This document shows positions 54,745 through 64,000 of a DNA stretch of 64,000 bases, in pieces. Origin of the DNA: a bacterium. Lineage in GTDB: Bacteria; SAR324; XYD2-FULL-50-16. Position 1 is the stretch's first letter; every line of letters begins with the position of its first letter. The stretch lies in NCBI GenBank assembly GCA_032250835.1, contig JAVVEA010000010.1:1-64000 (forward strand), read 5' to 3'. Below the pieces are notes generated by a model. The model made no database searches, was not told the DNA's origin, and worked only from the letters and a program-made list of their open reading frames with translations. Made by a program: the position numbers and the translations under genes.

Positions 54745-56765
54745 TAGCCGCGGTTGGCGGCTAGGTTAAGGTGCCGCTCAATGGTCTGGCGCAGGTCATC
54801 GCTACGGGCCGGTTTGCTGAGGTAATCGTCCATCCCCACCGAAAGACAGTATTCCCGATCCTCGCTTAAAGCCCGCGCCGTCAGGGCTACAATCGGCAGA
54901 TGCCGGCCTTTGGCCAGGCCGCGGATTGCGCGGGTCGCCGTATAGCCATCCATTTGAGGCATTAGGCAATCCATTAAGACCAAATCAAAGTCCTCATTCT
55001 CTATGCGAGCCAAGGCCTGCAATCCGTCCGAGGCAATCTGGACCCGGTAGCCCATTTTTTCTAGCAACTTGGAAGTAACCAACTGGTTGATCTCTTCGTC
55101 TTCAACCAGCAGGATATTGGCGTTGTTTTTCCGGGCTGCTGGGTTGGGCCTTTGCGGCTGAGCCGGGCTTAAGGCCGCAGGGGCAACCGGTAATTCTAAT
55201 TCGAACCAGAATCGGCTTCCTTTACCGGGGGTGCTTTCGAGAGAAAGTTCACCCCCCATCAAGCGCACTAACCGCTGGGCAATCGAAAGACCCAATCCCG
55301 CGCCGCCAAAGTCTCGGGTGCTGCTGCTATCGGCTTGAGTGAAGGGCTCGAAGATCTCTGCCTGTTTGTCTTGGTCAATACCGATGCCGGTGTCGGCGAT
55401 CTCAAAACGAAGCTTCTGGGCGGTGCCTTGGTCCTCAACCAGCGAAAGGTTTAATTCCACCGCGCCTTGAGCGGTGAATTTGATGGCGTTGCCCATTAAG
55501 TTAGAAAGGGTTTCCTCAATTAGGCGGGCGTCGCCCAGCAGGCTATCGCTCAGTCCACCTTGGATGTGGTTGTGCAGCTTGAGGCCTTTGATTGTCGCTG
55601 CACCGCTAAAGAGGCGGGTCACCCGCCGCACCATTTCGCTGGGCGAGAAGACTTGAGGTTGGGGCTTGATCTTGCTGGCCTCGATCCTCGAGATGTCCAG
55701 CACTTCGTTGAGTACCTGTAAGAGTGCGGTGCTCGAATGACTGACCATCTGTAACAACTCCCGCTTTTCCTCATCTTTTTCTTGGGACAGCAACAATTCG
55801 GTTAAGCCCAAAATCCCGTTCATCGGGGTGCGGAGTTCGTGACTCATGGTCGCGAGGAAGTTGCTTTTCGCGAGGTTGGCCCGTTCGGCCAATTCGCGCG
55901 CGGCGATCAATTCGCCCTCAAAACGCTTGTGCTCGGTCACATCCTGCACGGTACCGTCAAATTCAACGGCTTCGCCCTGGGCGTCGAAGATAACCTGGCC
56001 CTGTTCGTGAACCGTCCGGACTTCTCCATGGGGCAGGATAATGCGGTGGTCCACCTTATACTCCTCAAGCTTTTTGATTGCCCGGCTCACTCCCTCGGAC
56101 ACCAGATGCCGGTCTTCGGGATGGACCCGGTCTAAGAACGCTTGGTAGGTCGCTTTAAAGGCCTGGGGCTCTAAGCCGAAGATCCGGTATATTTGGTTAG
56201 ACCAAGTTAATGCCCCGGTGCGGATGTCCCAGTGCCAATGGCCGAGTTGACCAATTTCCTGGGCCTTTTCCAGGCGGCTTTCGCTCTGCCGCAGGGCGAT
56301 TTCGCGTTGTTCTTGTTCGGTAATATCTGAAATGAAGGCCGCCACCTGAGCATAGGGGACCCCGTGGTCTGGTAAGACCGACCAGTGAACATCCACGTAG
56401 CGGGTGATGCCGTCAAAGCCTAGCACTTCGGAGCGGAAGCGGTCTTGTTTTTTGCCTTCAAAGACAATCTGTAGCTCCCTGCGGAAGGCGGGCAGCCGCT
56501 CAGGGCAGGGAAAGGCCCGAAAACGTTGGATCAGTTGCTCTGGGTCTTGGGCGCCGAAGAGTTTTAGGGCCGGTGGGTTTAATTGCAAGATCCGGGGGAG
56601 GCCCACCAACCGTTCTAGTTGGTCGGGATGTTGGTCTAGATAGCGATCTAAATCAACCACGCCCGCCTGTTTGAGTTGGGTCAACTCTAGCTGGACTGTT
56701 GAAAAATCTTGAATGAACACCGCCAAAGGGGCGAATTCAATCAAAGAAAGATTGGGCGTGGTCAT
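54741..56765 (-). CDS. PAS-domain hybrid histidine kinase with receiver domain
   Basis: PAS (VHPEDR), H-box [43 protein letters not shown]. Confidence 0.92.
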   Translation of the reverse strand: MTTPNLSLIEFAPLAVFIQDFSTVQLELTQLKQAGVVDLDRYLDQHPDQLERLVGLPRILQLNPPALKLFGAQDPEQLIQRFRAFPCPERLPAFRRELQIVFEGKKQDRFRSEVLGFDGITRYVDVHWSVLPDHGVPYAQVAAFISDITEQEQREIALRQSESRLEKAQEIGQLGHWHWDIRTGALTWSNQIYRIFGLEPQAFKATYQAFLDRVHPEDRHLVSEGVSRAIKKLEEYKVDHRIILPHGEVRTVHEQGQVIFDAQGEAVEFDGTVQDVTEHKRFEGELIAARELAERANLAKSNFLATMSHELRTPMNGILGLTELLLSQEKDEEKRELLQMVSHSSTALLQVLNEVLDISRIEASKIKPQPQVFSPSEMVRRVTRLFSGAATIKGLKLHNHIQGGLSDSLLGDARLIEETLSNLMGNAIKFTAQGAVELNLSLVEDQGTAQKLRFEIADTGIGIDQDKQAEIFEPFTQADSSSTRDFGGAGLGLSIAQRLVRLMGGELSLESTPGKGSRFWFELELPVAPAALSPAQPQRPNPAARKNNANILLVEDEEINQLVTSKLLEKMGYRVQIASDGLQALARIENEDFDLVLMDCLMPQMDGYTATRAIRGLAKGRHLPIVALTARALSEDREYCLSVGMDDYLSKPARSDDLRQTIERHLNLAANRGY

Positions 56766-56842
56766 AGAGCCGTCCTATTTAATCAGCGCGTCGTTAGGTT
56801 AATGATAACCTATCCGACGCCCTCAAACAATAGGGGGGTTTT

Positions 56843-57154
56843 CTAGGGGTACAATAAAGGGATCACCTCAATGGCCGGGCTTTGGTAGGGATGGTTGGCG
56901 CAGATTAACTCAACCATTTCGGGCCAACGTTCGTCGGGGCATTGGAATTCTAGGCGGCGGTTGGCCACCTGGGTGCGTTGGCCGATGACCCCCTCGTGGG
57001 GCTCGGCTCCGGGGAGGGGGCGGAAGGTCTCGGTCACCGGCGAGGCTAGAGACCAGGAGTCATAAACCCCCAACTGACCCAGGCCCGCCTCGGCCAGGAC
57101 CGATAAAAGCTGTTCCTGGGCCTCGGGCGGACAAATGACGATCAACTTGACCAA
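56843..57154 (-). CDS. Stand-alone NIF3/YqfO PII-like domain protein
   Basis: AGLGQLGVYD, TFRPLPGAEP..G, HPYQSPA. Confidence 0.75.
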   Translation of the reverse strand: MVKLIVICPPEAQEQLLSVLAEAGLGQLGVYDSWSLASPVTETFRPLPGAEPHEGVIGQRTQVANRRLEFQCPDERWPEMVELICANHPYQSPAIEVIPLLYP

Positions 57155-57157
57155 AGC

Positions 57158-57529
57158 TTACTGCGCCGCCGGGGCCGGCTCGCTGGTCGGTGCGGGGGGA
57201 GTCGCTGCCGGTGCTTCTGGGGCCGCTGGTTCAGCTGACATGGGCTGGGTCATCGGGGCGATCGGCTGGTTCTGTTCGATTTGATCGATCACGCTGGACT
57301 GTTTGCCCGCACTGGTTTGCCAAGTCAAAAAGGCGCTGGTCAGCATAAAGAGGATGGCCATCACGGTGGTGAACTTAGCCATCACCGTTTGCTGGCTTCG
57401 GGCCGACTGAGATTGGCCCATGCTGCCGAAGGCGGCACCAAGTTCCGCACCCTTGCCGACTTGCAATAGCACCGCGAAGATGATGAAAAAACAGGTGAGG
57501 ATGTGGATGGCGATCAAAAAACCGTTCAT
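57158..57529 (-). CDS. secG: Preprotein translocase SecG
   Basis: VLLQVGKGAELGAAFG, 2 TM; follows tpiA. Confidence 0.9.
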   Translation of the reverse strand: MNGFLIAIHILTCFFIIFAVLLQVGKGAELGAAFGSMGQSQSARSQQTVMAKFTTVMAILFMLTSAFLTWQTSAGKQSSVIDQIEQNQPIAPMTQPMSAEPAAPEAPAATPPAPTSEPAPAAQ

Positions 57530-57540
57530 ATACGAGACTC

Positions 57541-58299
57541 CTAGTATGCTTGGATAATCGAGATAAATTCGTCGGCCTTGAGGCTCGCGCCGCCGACCAA
57601 CAGGCCGTCAATGTCCGTTTGGCCCAAGATGTCGGCCGCGTTGGCCCCCTTGACGCTGCCACCGTATAAGATGGGCGTGGCTTGGGACATCTGGATGCCT
57701 TGGATTTCCTCTAGCAGGTTGCGGATCATTTTGTGGATCTCTTCAGCCTGTTCGGGGGAAGCGGTTTTGCCGGTGCCGATGGCCCAGATGGGCTCATAGG
57801 CCAAGACGATCTCTCCCCAAAGGGAAGGCTCGACGGCTGTGTAGACCGCTTTGATTTGGTTTTGGATCTTTTCGATATGTTGACCCGACTCGCGCTCGGC
57901 CAAGGTCTCGCCGACGCAAACGATGGAGCGCATGCCCGCTTCGATTTGGGCCTTTGCCTGGGCGGCTACTTCCGCGTCGCTTTCGTGGTGGTCTTGGCGG
58001 CGCTCCGAATGGCCCGCTAGAGCGTAGCGGCAGCCTAAGGCCTGCAAAAGTTCCGGCGACAGGTCCCCGGTGTGGGCTCCTTCGCGGTGGCCCGAGCTGG
58101 TCTGGGCCCCAAAGGTTAGGCCGCTTTCGGCGGTCCATTCGGCTAAGAAGGTCAACAGAGGCGCTTGGGGTAGTAAGACCACCTCCAAACCGGGCTTCAT
58201 TTTGAGTTCGTGCTTGAGCTCGTCTACTAAGTCAAAGGCTTGATCGGGCAATAGGTTCATTTTCCAGTTGCCCGCGATGATGCATTTACGTCCCATCAC
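57541..58299 (-). CDS. tpiA: Triosephosphate isomerase
   Basis: [36 protein letters not shown]. Confidence 0.97.
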   Translation of the reverse strand: MMGRKCIIAGNWKMNLLPDQAFDLVDELKHELKMKPGLEVVLLPQAPLLTFLAEWTAESGLTFGAQTSSGHREGAHTGDLSPELLQALGCRYALAGHSERRQDHHESDAEVAAQAKAQIEAGMRSIVCVGETLAERESGQHIEKIQNQIKAVYTAVEPSLWGEIVLAYEPIWAIGTGKTASPEQAEEIHKMIRNLLEEIQGIQMSQATPILYGGSVKGANAADILGQTDIDGLLVGGASLKADEFISIIQAY

Positions 58300-59480
58300 T
58301 TCTTCTCCGCCAAAGCCTCTACCCCAGGCAAACGGTTCCCTTGCATGAATTCCAAGGAAGCGCCGCCGCCGGTCGAGATGTGAGAAATCTTGTCGGCCAA
58401 TCCGGCCATGTTGATCGCGGTGACCGAATCGCCCCCTCCGATCACCGTAACTCCGGGATTATTGGCCACCACGTCGGCGATAGCCATGGTCCCGGTCTTA
58501 AATGTTTCCCATTCGAAGACGCCCATCGGCCCGTTCCAGAACAGACTGCCCGCTTCAGCGGCGATTTTGGAAAACTGCGTGATCGTTTGGGGGCCAATGT
58601 CGAGGCCCATCCAACCGGCGTCAATGTCTCCGGTGAAACTCTTAGGGGCGCTGTCTTCGGCAAATTCTTGGGCGCAGATGTGGTCCACCGGAAGGTGGAT
58701 GCCCTTGCCTAGCTTTTCGGCCTTGGCGAGGATACGCTCGGCGAGGTCCAACTTATCTTTTTCGACCCGAGAGCTACCGACCTGGACGCCCTTAACCTTC
58801 AAGAAGCTGTAGGCCATGGCCCCGCCAATTAAGATATGGTCGGCCAGATCCAGCAGGTTGTTGAGCAGTTCTACTTTGTCGGAAACCTTAGAACCGCCGG
58901 TGATGGTCACAAAAGGCCGTTTTGGGTTGGTCAATAATTGGCCCAGGTATTCTAATTCCCGCTGCATCAGGTAGCCGCAGGCAGCGTCCGGGAAGTGTTT
59001 GGCCACGCCGAAGGTGCTGGCGTGGGCCCGGTGGCAGGTACCGAAGGCGTCCATCACAAACTGGTCGGCCAAGCTGGCCAACTCGCGAGCAAACTGGGGG
59101 TCGTTGTCGGTTTCTTCGGGGTAAAAACGCAGGTTTTCCAGCAGGATGCAGTGGCCTTCTTTAAGGCAGTCAATCGCACTTTCGGCGACTGCACCGAGCA
59201 GGTCTGGCGAGAAGGAGACGGGCTTGCCTAAGAGGCGCTCTAAATCAGCGGCAACGGGGCGCAGGCTGTATTCTTCGGCCCGTTGTCCCTTAGGACGGCC
59301 CAGATGACTGACTAGGATCAGGCGCGCACCATGGTCTAGTAGATACCGGATGGTGGGCAAGGCGGCTTTGATGCGGGTGTCATCGGCAACTTTGCCGTCC
59401 TTTAGCGGCACGTTGAAGTCAACGCGCAGCAACACCTTTTTGCCTTTAACCTCTAGATCCTCAATGGTCAGCTTATTCAT
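58296..59480 (-). CDS. pgk: Phosphoglycerate kinase
   Basis: [38 protein letters not shown]. Confidence 0.98.
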   Translation of the reverse strand: MNKLTIEDLEVKGKKVLLRVDFNVPLKDGKVADDTRIKAALPTIRYLLDHGARLILVSHLGRPKGQRAEEYSLRPVAADLERLLGKPVSFSPDLLGAVAESAIDCLKEGHCILLENLRFYPEETDNDPQFARELASLADQFVMDAFGTCHRAHASTFGVAKHFPDAACGYLMQRELEYLGQLLTNPKRPFVTITGGSKVSDKVELLNNLLDLADHILIGGAMAYSFLKVKGVQVGSSRVEKDKLDLAERILAKAEKLGKGIHLPVDHICAQEFAEDSAPKSFTGDIDAGWMGLDIGPQTITQFSKIAAEAGSLFWNGPMGVFEWETFKTGTMAIADVVANNPGVTVIGGGDSVTAINMAGLADKISHISTGGGASLEFMQGNRLPGVEALAEKK

Positions 59481-59514
59481 GGCTCCCCGTCCAAATGATT
59501 TGCAAAAGAGTCCA

Positions 59515-59544
59515 ATTTTGTCTGGCTTAGGGGCATGCTGTCAA
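59515..59544 (-). promoter_or_regulatory. Putative sigma70 promoter of pgk-tpiA-secG
   Basis: Minus strand TTGACA-18 bp-CAAAAT. Confidence 0.45.
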
Positions 59545-59767
59545 GGCTTCTTCGAGGGGGGCTAGAAGCCGATAAATTGAGGGCTGCGACCATATTGTCG
59601 AGTCAACTTCCAAGAGGGGGCTGAAGTCGCCGAAATGGTCGATTTTTAGCTGGGGGTATAATAGGTTACTATGTTGTAATCTAATATAAAACTGCTTGGG
59701 CATAGCCTATGCAGTAGCATCCCCAGATTAATTCAAACCTGTTCGTCTTGACTTGAAGGAGGGAGAG

Positions 59768-59986
59768 ATGAGAACGCGAATCAACCGCCGCAGAAAGAAC
59801 GCAAAAAACTTCAACCCTGGGCACGCCGAATTAGCTAGCGCCGTTCAGGAATTCATGAACCACGGCGGGCAGATCCACAAGATCGCTGCCACCGATGACA
59901 ACCTCAACGTCTTTTTAGAGAAAAAGGACGAACGTGCCGTCGACGAATTTTTGCTTGGCGGTGTGGTAGAGTCTTCTCGCTGGTAG
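59768..59986 (+). CDS. Small protein with SutA-like RNAP-binding motif
   Basis: Purine-rich SD (AAGGAGGGAG); LASAVQEFMNHGGQIHKI. Confidence 0.6.
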   Translation: MRTRINRRRKNAKNFNPGHAELASAVQEFMNHGGQIHKIAATDDNLNVFLEKKDERAVDEFLLGGVVESSRW

Positions 59987-60115
59987 GCCTAGGCTTACCC
60001 TCTTTGGTGCAGACGGATACAAGTGGGGGCAACGGGCCGCTGGTCGATAGGTGCTAGGCGCTCGCTGCATACATGCCTTGGGCCCTTAGGGGCCTCAAGC
60101 CCCAGTCTGGGCCCA

Positions 60116-60463
60116 CTAGGCATCCGCTTTAGCGGCAAAAAACACGTCGCTCAACCGGGTCGCTAAGGCCAGTTCCCCACGAACCTTCAGCTTGCCGCTC
60201 AAGACCGCCTTGTAGCCCGGCAAAATCCCCTTGAACATTTTCAGCAGATCCCGGTCGCGCACTTCTAAGATGCAGTCTGCCGGTTTTTCTTCAAAACTCA
60301 CCCCTGGTTGGTCTTTAAGGTCTAAGTGGAAGAATCCGCCTTGGGGCCCGGAGACTTTAAAGAGAAATACGGCGTTGATTTGGGCTACCTTTTGGGGGTC
60401 CCGCTCGATCCCACGGGCCACCTTTTCAAAGAGCTCGCGGATCGTTAGTTCAGCTTCGCTCAT
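60116..60463 (-). CDS. SCP2 sterol/lipid-binding domain protein
   Basis: FLFKVSGPQGG, ADCILEV, AVLSGKLKVRGELALA. Confidence 0.85.
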   Translation of the reverse strand: MSEAELTIRELFEKVARGIERDPQKVAQINAVFLFKVSGPQGGFFHLDLKDQPGVSFEEKPADCILEVRDRDLLKMFKGILPGYKAVLSGKLKVRGELALATRLSDVFFAAKADA

Positions 60464-60467
60464 CGCC

Positions 60468-61079
60468 CTACCCTAGCCAAGAAAGGTCTCCCGCCCCTTC
60501 ACGGATCACTTGCGGCGGGTCAACCGAAAAGTCGATCATCGTTGATTCCTGGATCAACAGATCTCCACCATCGACGATCAGATCCACCTGATTGCCGTAT
60601 TCTTCTTCAATCGACCAAGGGTAAAAATGGGTCTGGTCGGGCTCACGGGGCAAACTGCTGGTGACGATCGGGCGGTTCATGGCTTCGGCTAACGCCAAGG
60701 CAATGGGGGCCTTGGGTAACTTGACGCCGATGGTCGAGCGCTTGGTCCAAAGCACTTTAGGGATCAGCTTAGAGGCCTCAAAAATAAAGCAATAGGGGCC
60801 GGGGACCAGGGATTTAATCTGGCGGTAGAGCGGCGTGGGGATGCCTTTGGTGTATTGGGCAAATTGGCCGGGATCAGAACAGACGAAGGTGAAGGGCTTG
60901 GTCCGGTCGATTTGTTTGATCATTTCGATCCGTTTCATCGCCTTTTTTGATTCAATGGCGCAGCCAAAAACATAGGCCGAGGCGGTCGGGAAGATCACCA
61001 AACCATCATTTTCCATCGCCTCGGCGACCTGCGCGATCAGGCGCGGCTGAGGGGATTGGGGGTGGATCGTTAACATCAT
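60468..61079 (-). CDS. Sua5/YciO/YrdC-family protein (YciO-like)
   Basis: IHPQSPQPRLI, FPTASAY, PGPYCFI, VDGG, STMID. Confidence 0.82.
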   Translation of the reverse strand: MMLTIHPQSPQPRLIAQVAEAMENDGLVIFPTASAYVFGCAIESKKAMKRIEMIKQIDRTKPFTFVCSDPGQFAQYTKGIPTPLYRQIKSLVPGPYCFIFEASKLIPKVLWTKRSTIGVKLPKAPIALALAEAMNRPIVTSSLPREPDQTHFYPWSIEEEYGNQVDLIVDGGDLLIQESTMIDFSVDPPQVIREGAGDLSWLG

Positions 61080-61549
61080 GGGGACTCGTCCAGTTTTCCG
61101 GTTTGTCGGAGCGCCTCGTATAATACCAGAGCGCAACAGTTACTCAAATTCAGGCTCCGCACCTTTGGGTTAAACTGCGGTATTCTTAGGCTTTTAAAGC
61201 GTGAGAGGTAAGCCTGCGGCAGCCCCCGGGTCTCGGGACCAAAAACCAGCCAGTCACCGGGCTTAAATTGGGCCTGATGATAGGGGACTGGGGCCTTAGT
61301 GCTCAAGAGAAAGACCCGCTCGGGGTCAAGTTCGTCCATATAGGCGGCGCTTTCTTCAAAGCGGCGCAGATTGACCTGATCCCAATAGTCCAAACCAGCC
61401 CGGCGTACCGCTTTGTCGGAGATGTCAAAACCCAAAGGGCCGACGAGGTCCAGGCGGGTGCCGGTGGCGGCGCAAAGCCGGGCGATATTGCCGGTGTTCG
61501 GCGGGATTTCGGGCTCAATCAGCGCGATGGTAAAGGCTTTAGAATCCAT
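61076..61549 (-). CDS. trmL: tRNA (cytidine34-2'-O)-methyltransferase
   Basis: EPEIPPNTGNIARLC, RRAGLDYW, FGPETRGLP, RSLNLSN. Confidence 0.93.
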   Translation of the reverse strand: MDSKAFTIALIEPEIPPNTGNIARLCAATGTRLDLVGPLGFDISDKAVRRAGLDYWDQVNLRRFEESAAYMDELDPERVFLLSTKAPVPYHQAQFKPGDWLVFGPETRGLPQAYLSRFKSLRIPQFNPKVRSLNLSNCCALVLYEALRQTGKLDESP

Positions 61550-62294
61550 GTTGTTGCGCCGCGACTAAGGCTTTGTACTCCAACCCATTACCCCCAAAGA
61601 GGTCCAGAGCGCTACCGACGGTAAAGTCAATGTTCCCTGCGCCGGCTTCTTTGATTAGGGCCAGGTCTTCAAAGTTGCGCACCCCTCCGGCGTAGGTCAT
61701 CGGGTGCCCGGCCCAGCGGCCTAAGATCTCCAAAAGTCCCTGGTCGATGCCCAGTCCCTTGCCCTCTACATCCACCGCATGGATCAAAAATTCCGCGCAA
61801 GATTGGGCCAATAGGTCTAACTGGAAGGGCTCAATCGCCACCTCGGTAAAGTTTCTCCAAAGGTCCGTGACCACCCAATAAGTTCCACCTTTCTGGCGGC
61901 AGCTTAAATCCAAAACCAAGCGCTCGCGGCCCACGGCCTTTACTAGCTCCTTGAGGCGGTCTTGGTCTAACTTACCGTCTCGGAAGACATAAGAAGTGAC
62001 GATTACCGACTCAGCCCCGGCGTCTATCCATTGGCCCGCATTCGCCGCAGTCACCCCACCGCCGAGCTGCATCCCGCCGGGCCAAGCCTTTAGCGCTTCT
62101 TCGGCGGCGGCTTGGTTGCCCGGCCCTAGTTGGATCACGTGACCGCCGGTCAATCCGTCTTCTCGGTAGAGGGCGGCGTACCAAGCTGGGGGGTGTTGGG
62201 CTTCAAAATTGGTGACCAACTGGTCAGCAAAACTGGAACCAACCACTTGCTTCACTTGGCCTTGATGTAAATCAATACAAGGGCGAAAACGCAT
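61539..62294 (-). CDS. hisA: ProFAR isomerase, His6-like subtype
   Basis: FRPCIDLHQGQVKQVVG, GGHVIQLG, LVLDLSC, HAVDVEG, TVGSALDLFGG. Confidence 0.88.
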   Translation of the reverse strand: MRFRPCIDLHQGQVKQVVGSSFADQLVTNFEAQHPPAWYAALYREDGLTGGHVIQLGPGNQAAAEEALKAWPGGMQLGGGVTAANAGQWIDAGAESVIVTSYVFRDGKLDQDRLKELVKAVGRERLVLDLSCRQKGGTYWVVTDLWRNFTEVAIEPFQLDLLAQSCAEFLIHAVDVEGKGLGIDQGLLEILGRWAGHPMTYAGGVRNFEDLALIKEAGAGNIDFTVGSALDLFGGNGLEYKALVAAQQHGF

Positions 62295-62414
62295 GGGGCT
62301 TTTCAGAGCAATTTAAAAGGCGTTAGATTATCTGATCTTCCAGCCAGCCTAGCGGCTTTGTGATGCCAGATAAAGCCGCAATTCTAAATGCTGGGCTAAA
62401 TTGTTGGAACTATT

Positions 62415-64000
62415 ATGTTTGTTCGGCTATTAGGGCTCCAGCCTCTCGGGTTTGTGGTGGCCGCTTTTTTGGTTTTTGGCGGCGCGTTGCAGCACGGGCT
62501 GATCCTTGGGTTGTTAGGATTCGATCAGCGTAATTGGGAACAACTCAAGCTGGGACTGGGGTACGACCTTATGCATGGTTGTATGCTCGCCGGGCTCACC
62601 ATGCTCTTGTTGCCCTGGGTGACCCGCAGCCCCCGCGGGGTCCGGCGCGTCCTCTGGGTTTGGCTGGGCTCGTTCTATTTTTTCCTCTTTGTTGACTATA
62701 CCTACGTCACCCAATTCGGCACCCACCTGCCCTATTCGACGATCGAATACTTAGATCAATTGGGCGAGTTTGGTAGTACCATGAACGCCGCCTTTGGTGG
62801 GGCTGGGTTTTGGCTTTTGTTCTTACTGCCTCTTGGGCTTTGGAGCGCATACCTCTTCTTCCTGCGCCAGACTTGGCCCCAATGGTACCTGCTCCATGCC
62901 AGTTGGCGGGACTTCGTTTTTTGGATGTTTTTAGGGGCATTAGCGGGGATCGCGCCCAACTCCAGGGTGGACAAAAACCTCAACGAGCCCTTGACCTCAA
63001 ACAGTTTGGTCTATTTTTACTGGTCTCGGAATTTTGAACGAGATGCACAGATCGCCAAACCCGAAGCGGCCCTTCTGACCGTTGCCCAATCCTTGAGTGG
63101 AACGGCCCCCAAAGAGCCGGGCTTTGAAGATTATCCTCTGGTGCGCGACCACCTTGCGCGCGGTTGCCGCGAGCAAACCCGACTCGCCTGGGCGCTTTGC
63201 GGCAAGCGGCAGCCAAACATATTGTTTGTTTTGATGGAGTCCTACCGCGCCGCAGACAACACTAGCTTCGGAAGCCCCTTGAATTTGACACCGGGCTTCG
63301 AAAAGTTACGACGCGAGGGGGTTTTATTCCGCAACTTTTTTGCCAACGGCTTCCAGACGAGGCATGGGCAGGTGGCTACCTTCTGTTCTCTGGTGCCCAA
63401 CTATGGTGCTCCGGTGATGAAAAATTACCTGAGCAACCATTATCTTTGTCTACCAGAGATGCTCAACCAAGCAGGCTACCAGACCTCGATCCTCTTCGGC
63501 ACGAGTGCTTCTTTTGACAACCAAGCCCGCTTTTTACCGGTCATGGGCTTTAACCAGGTTTTAGATTCCTTGGAATTTAATGAGCGGACCGAGATGTTAG
63601 GTTGGGGCGCTTCGGATCGTTCGGTCTTTAACCGGTGGCTGGACCATTTGAGCCAAGCCCAGGAGCCCTTCTTTTCGGCTATGATGAGTATCACCAACCA
63701 CCACCCCTTTGAGGTGCCGGAATCCTTTCGGGTATACGGCGCAAAGGACGGGCAGAGCCGATATTTTGAGGCCCTCCGTTACAGCGACCAGATGTTGTAT
63801 GAATTTGTGCAGAAGGCCAAAACCCAGTCTTGGTGGGATAATACCTTGATCTTCGTACTCGCTGACACTTCAAACTACCAACCTGCCCAAATCGAACCCA
63901 AAGATTTTCCTGAGTTTGTGCGGCTGCGTTCGCAAATCCCGCTGCTGATTTTGGGCGGAGCCCTGCGCGGGGGGTCTTATGAAGAAAGGGCTTACCATGA
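62415..64000 (+). CDS. LTA synthase/sulfatase-family membrane protein, runs off the window end
   Basis: Manual reading from ATG 62415 (MFVRLLGLQPLGF...), N-terminal TMs, same-frame PNILFVLMESY, TNHHPF, YSDQ, ADT; absent from ORF track, consistent with no stop in the window. Confidence 0.8.
   Translation, partial: MFVRLLGLQPLGFVVAAFLVFGGALQHGLILGLLGFDQRNWEQLKLGLGYDLMHGCMLAGLTMLLLPWVTRSPRGVRRVLWVWLGSFYFFLFVDYTYVTQFGTHLPYSTIEYLDQLGEFGSTMNAAFGGAGFWLLFLLPLGLWSAYLFFLRQTWPQWYLLHASWRDFVFWMFLGALAGIAPNSRVDKNLNEPLTSNSLVYFYWSRNFERDAQIAKPEAALLTVAQSLSGTAPKEPGFEDYPLVRDHLARGCREQTRLAWALCGKRQPNILFVLMESYRAADNTSFGSPLNLTPGFEKLRREGVLFRNFFANGFQTRHGQVATFCSLVPNYGAPVMKNYLSNHYLCLPEMLNQAGYQTSILFGTSASFDNQARFLPVMGFNQVLDSLEFNERTEMLGWGASDRSVFNRWLDHLSQAQEPFFSAMMSITNHHPFEVPESFRVYGAKDGQSRYFEALRYSDQMLYEFVQKAKTQSWWDNTLIFVLADTSNYQPAQIEPKDFPEFVRLRSQIPLLILGGALRGGSYEERAYH

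Noticed and set aside
56766..57160. tRNA after secG
   Set aside because: The next CDS starts 3 bp after secG; no cloverleaf or T-loop motif seen
62514..63873. Short ORFs listed in the track at the right end
   Set aside because: They overlap the long plus-strand LTA-synthase-family frame starting at 62415

Overview
Bacterial chromosomal window, mostly housekeeping genes. The gene content (RpoC with the large proteobacterial-type trigger-loop insert, His6-type HisA, CheZ-like protein, MreBCD) suggests a Gram-negative, deltaproteobacteria-like lineage; this is an inference. In order: a structured palindromic/direct-repeat region (1-555); a small CxxC membrane protein, DUF420 and FetAB-like genes; rpoB-rpoC detached from ribosomal-protein genes and followed directly by ilvB-ilvN-lepA; ftsE-ftsX-envC-amgK-like; a ~2.3 kb accessory patch (BrnT/antitoxin pair, truncated methyltransferase, merR-thioredoxin-like-merF without merA); SNF2 helicase-greA; mreBCD-mrdA-maf; typA; hemerythrin; a POTRA-less Omp85-like barrel plus lipoprotein; a 10 kb aryl-polyene/flexirubin-like cluster lacking ketosynthase and ketoreductase; a DUF3365 cytochrome c; an orphan cheZ operon with two exported AMIN-like proteins, divergent from a ZitP-like zinc-ribbon protein; a hybrid kinase; pgk-tpiA-secG; a small SutA-like protein; hisA-trmL-yciO-SCP2; and an LTA-synthase-family gene running off the right edge. 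No rRNA, tRNA, CRISPR array or transposase was recognised. All family calls come from motif recognition by eye, not database searches.
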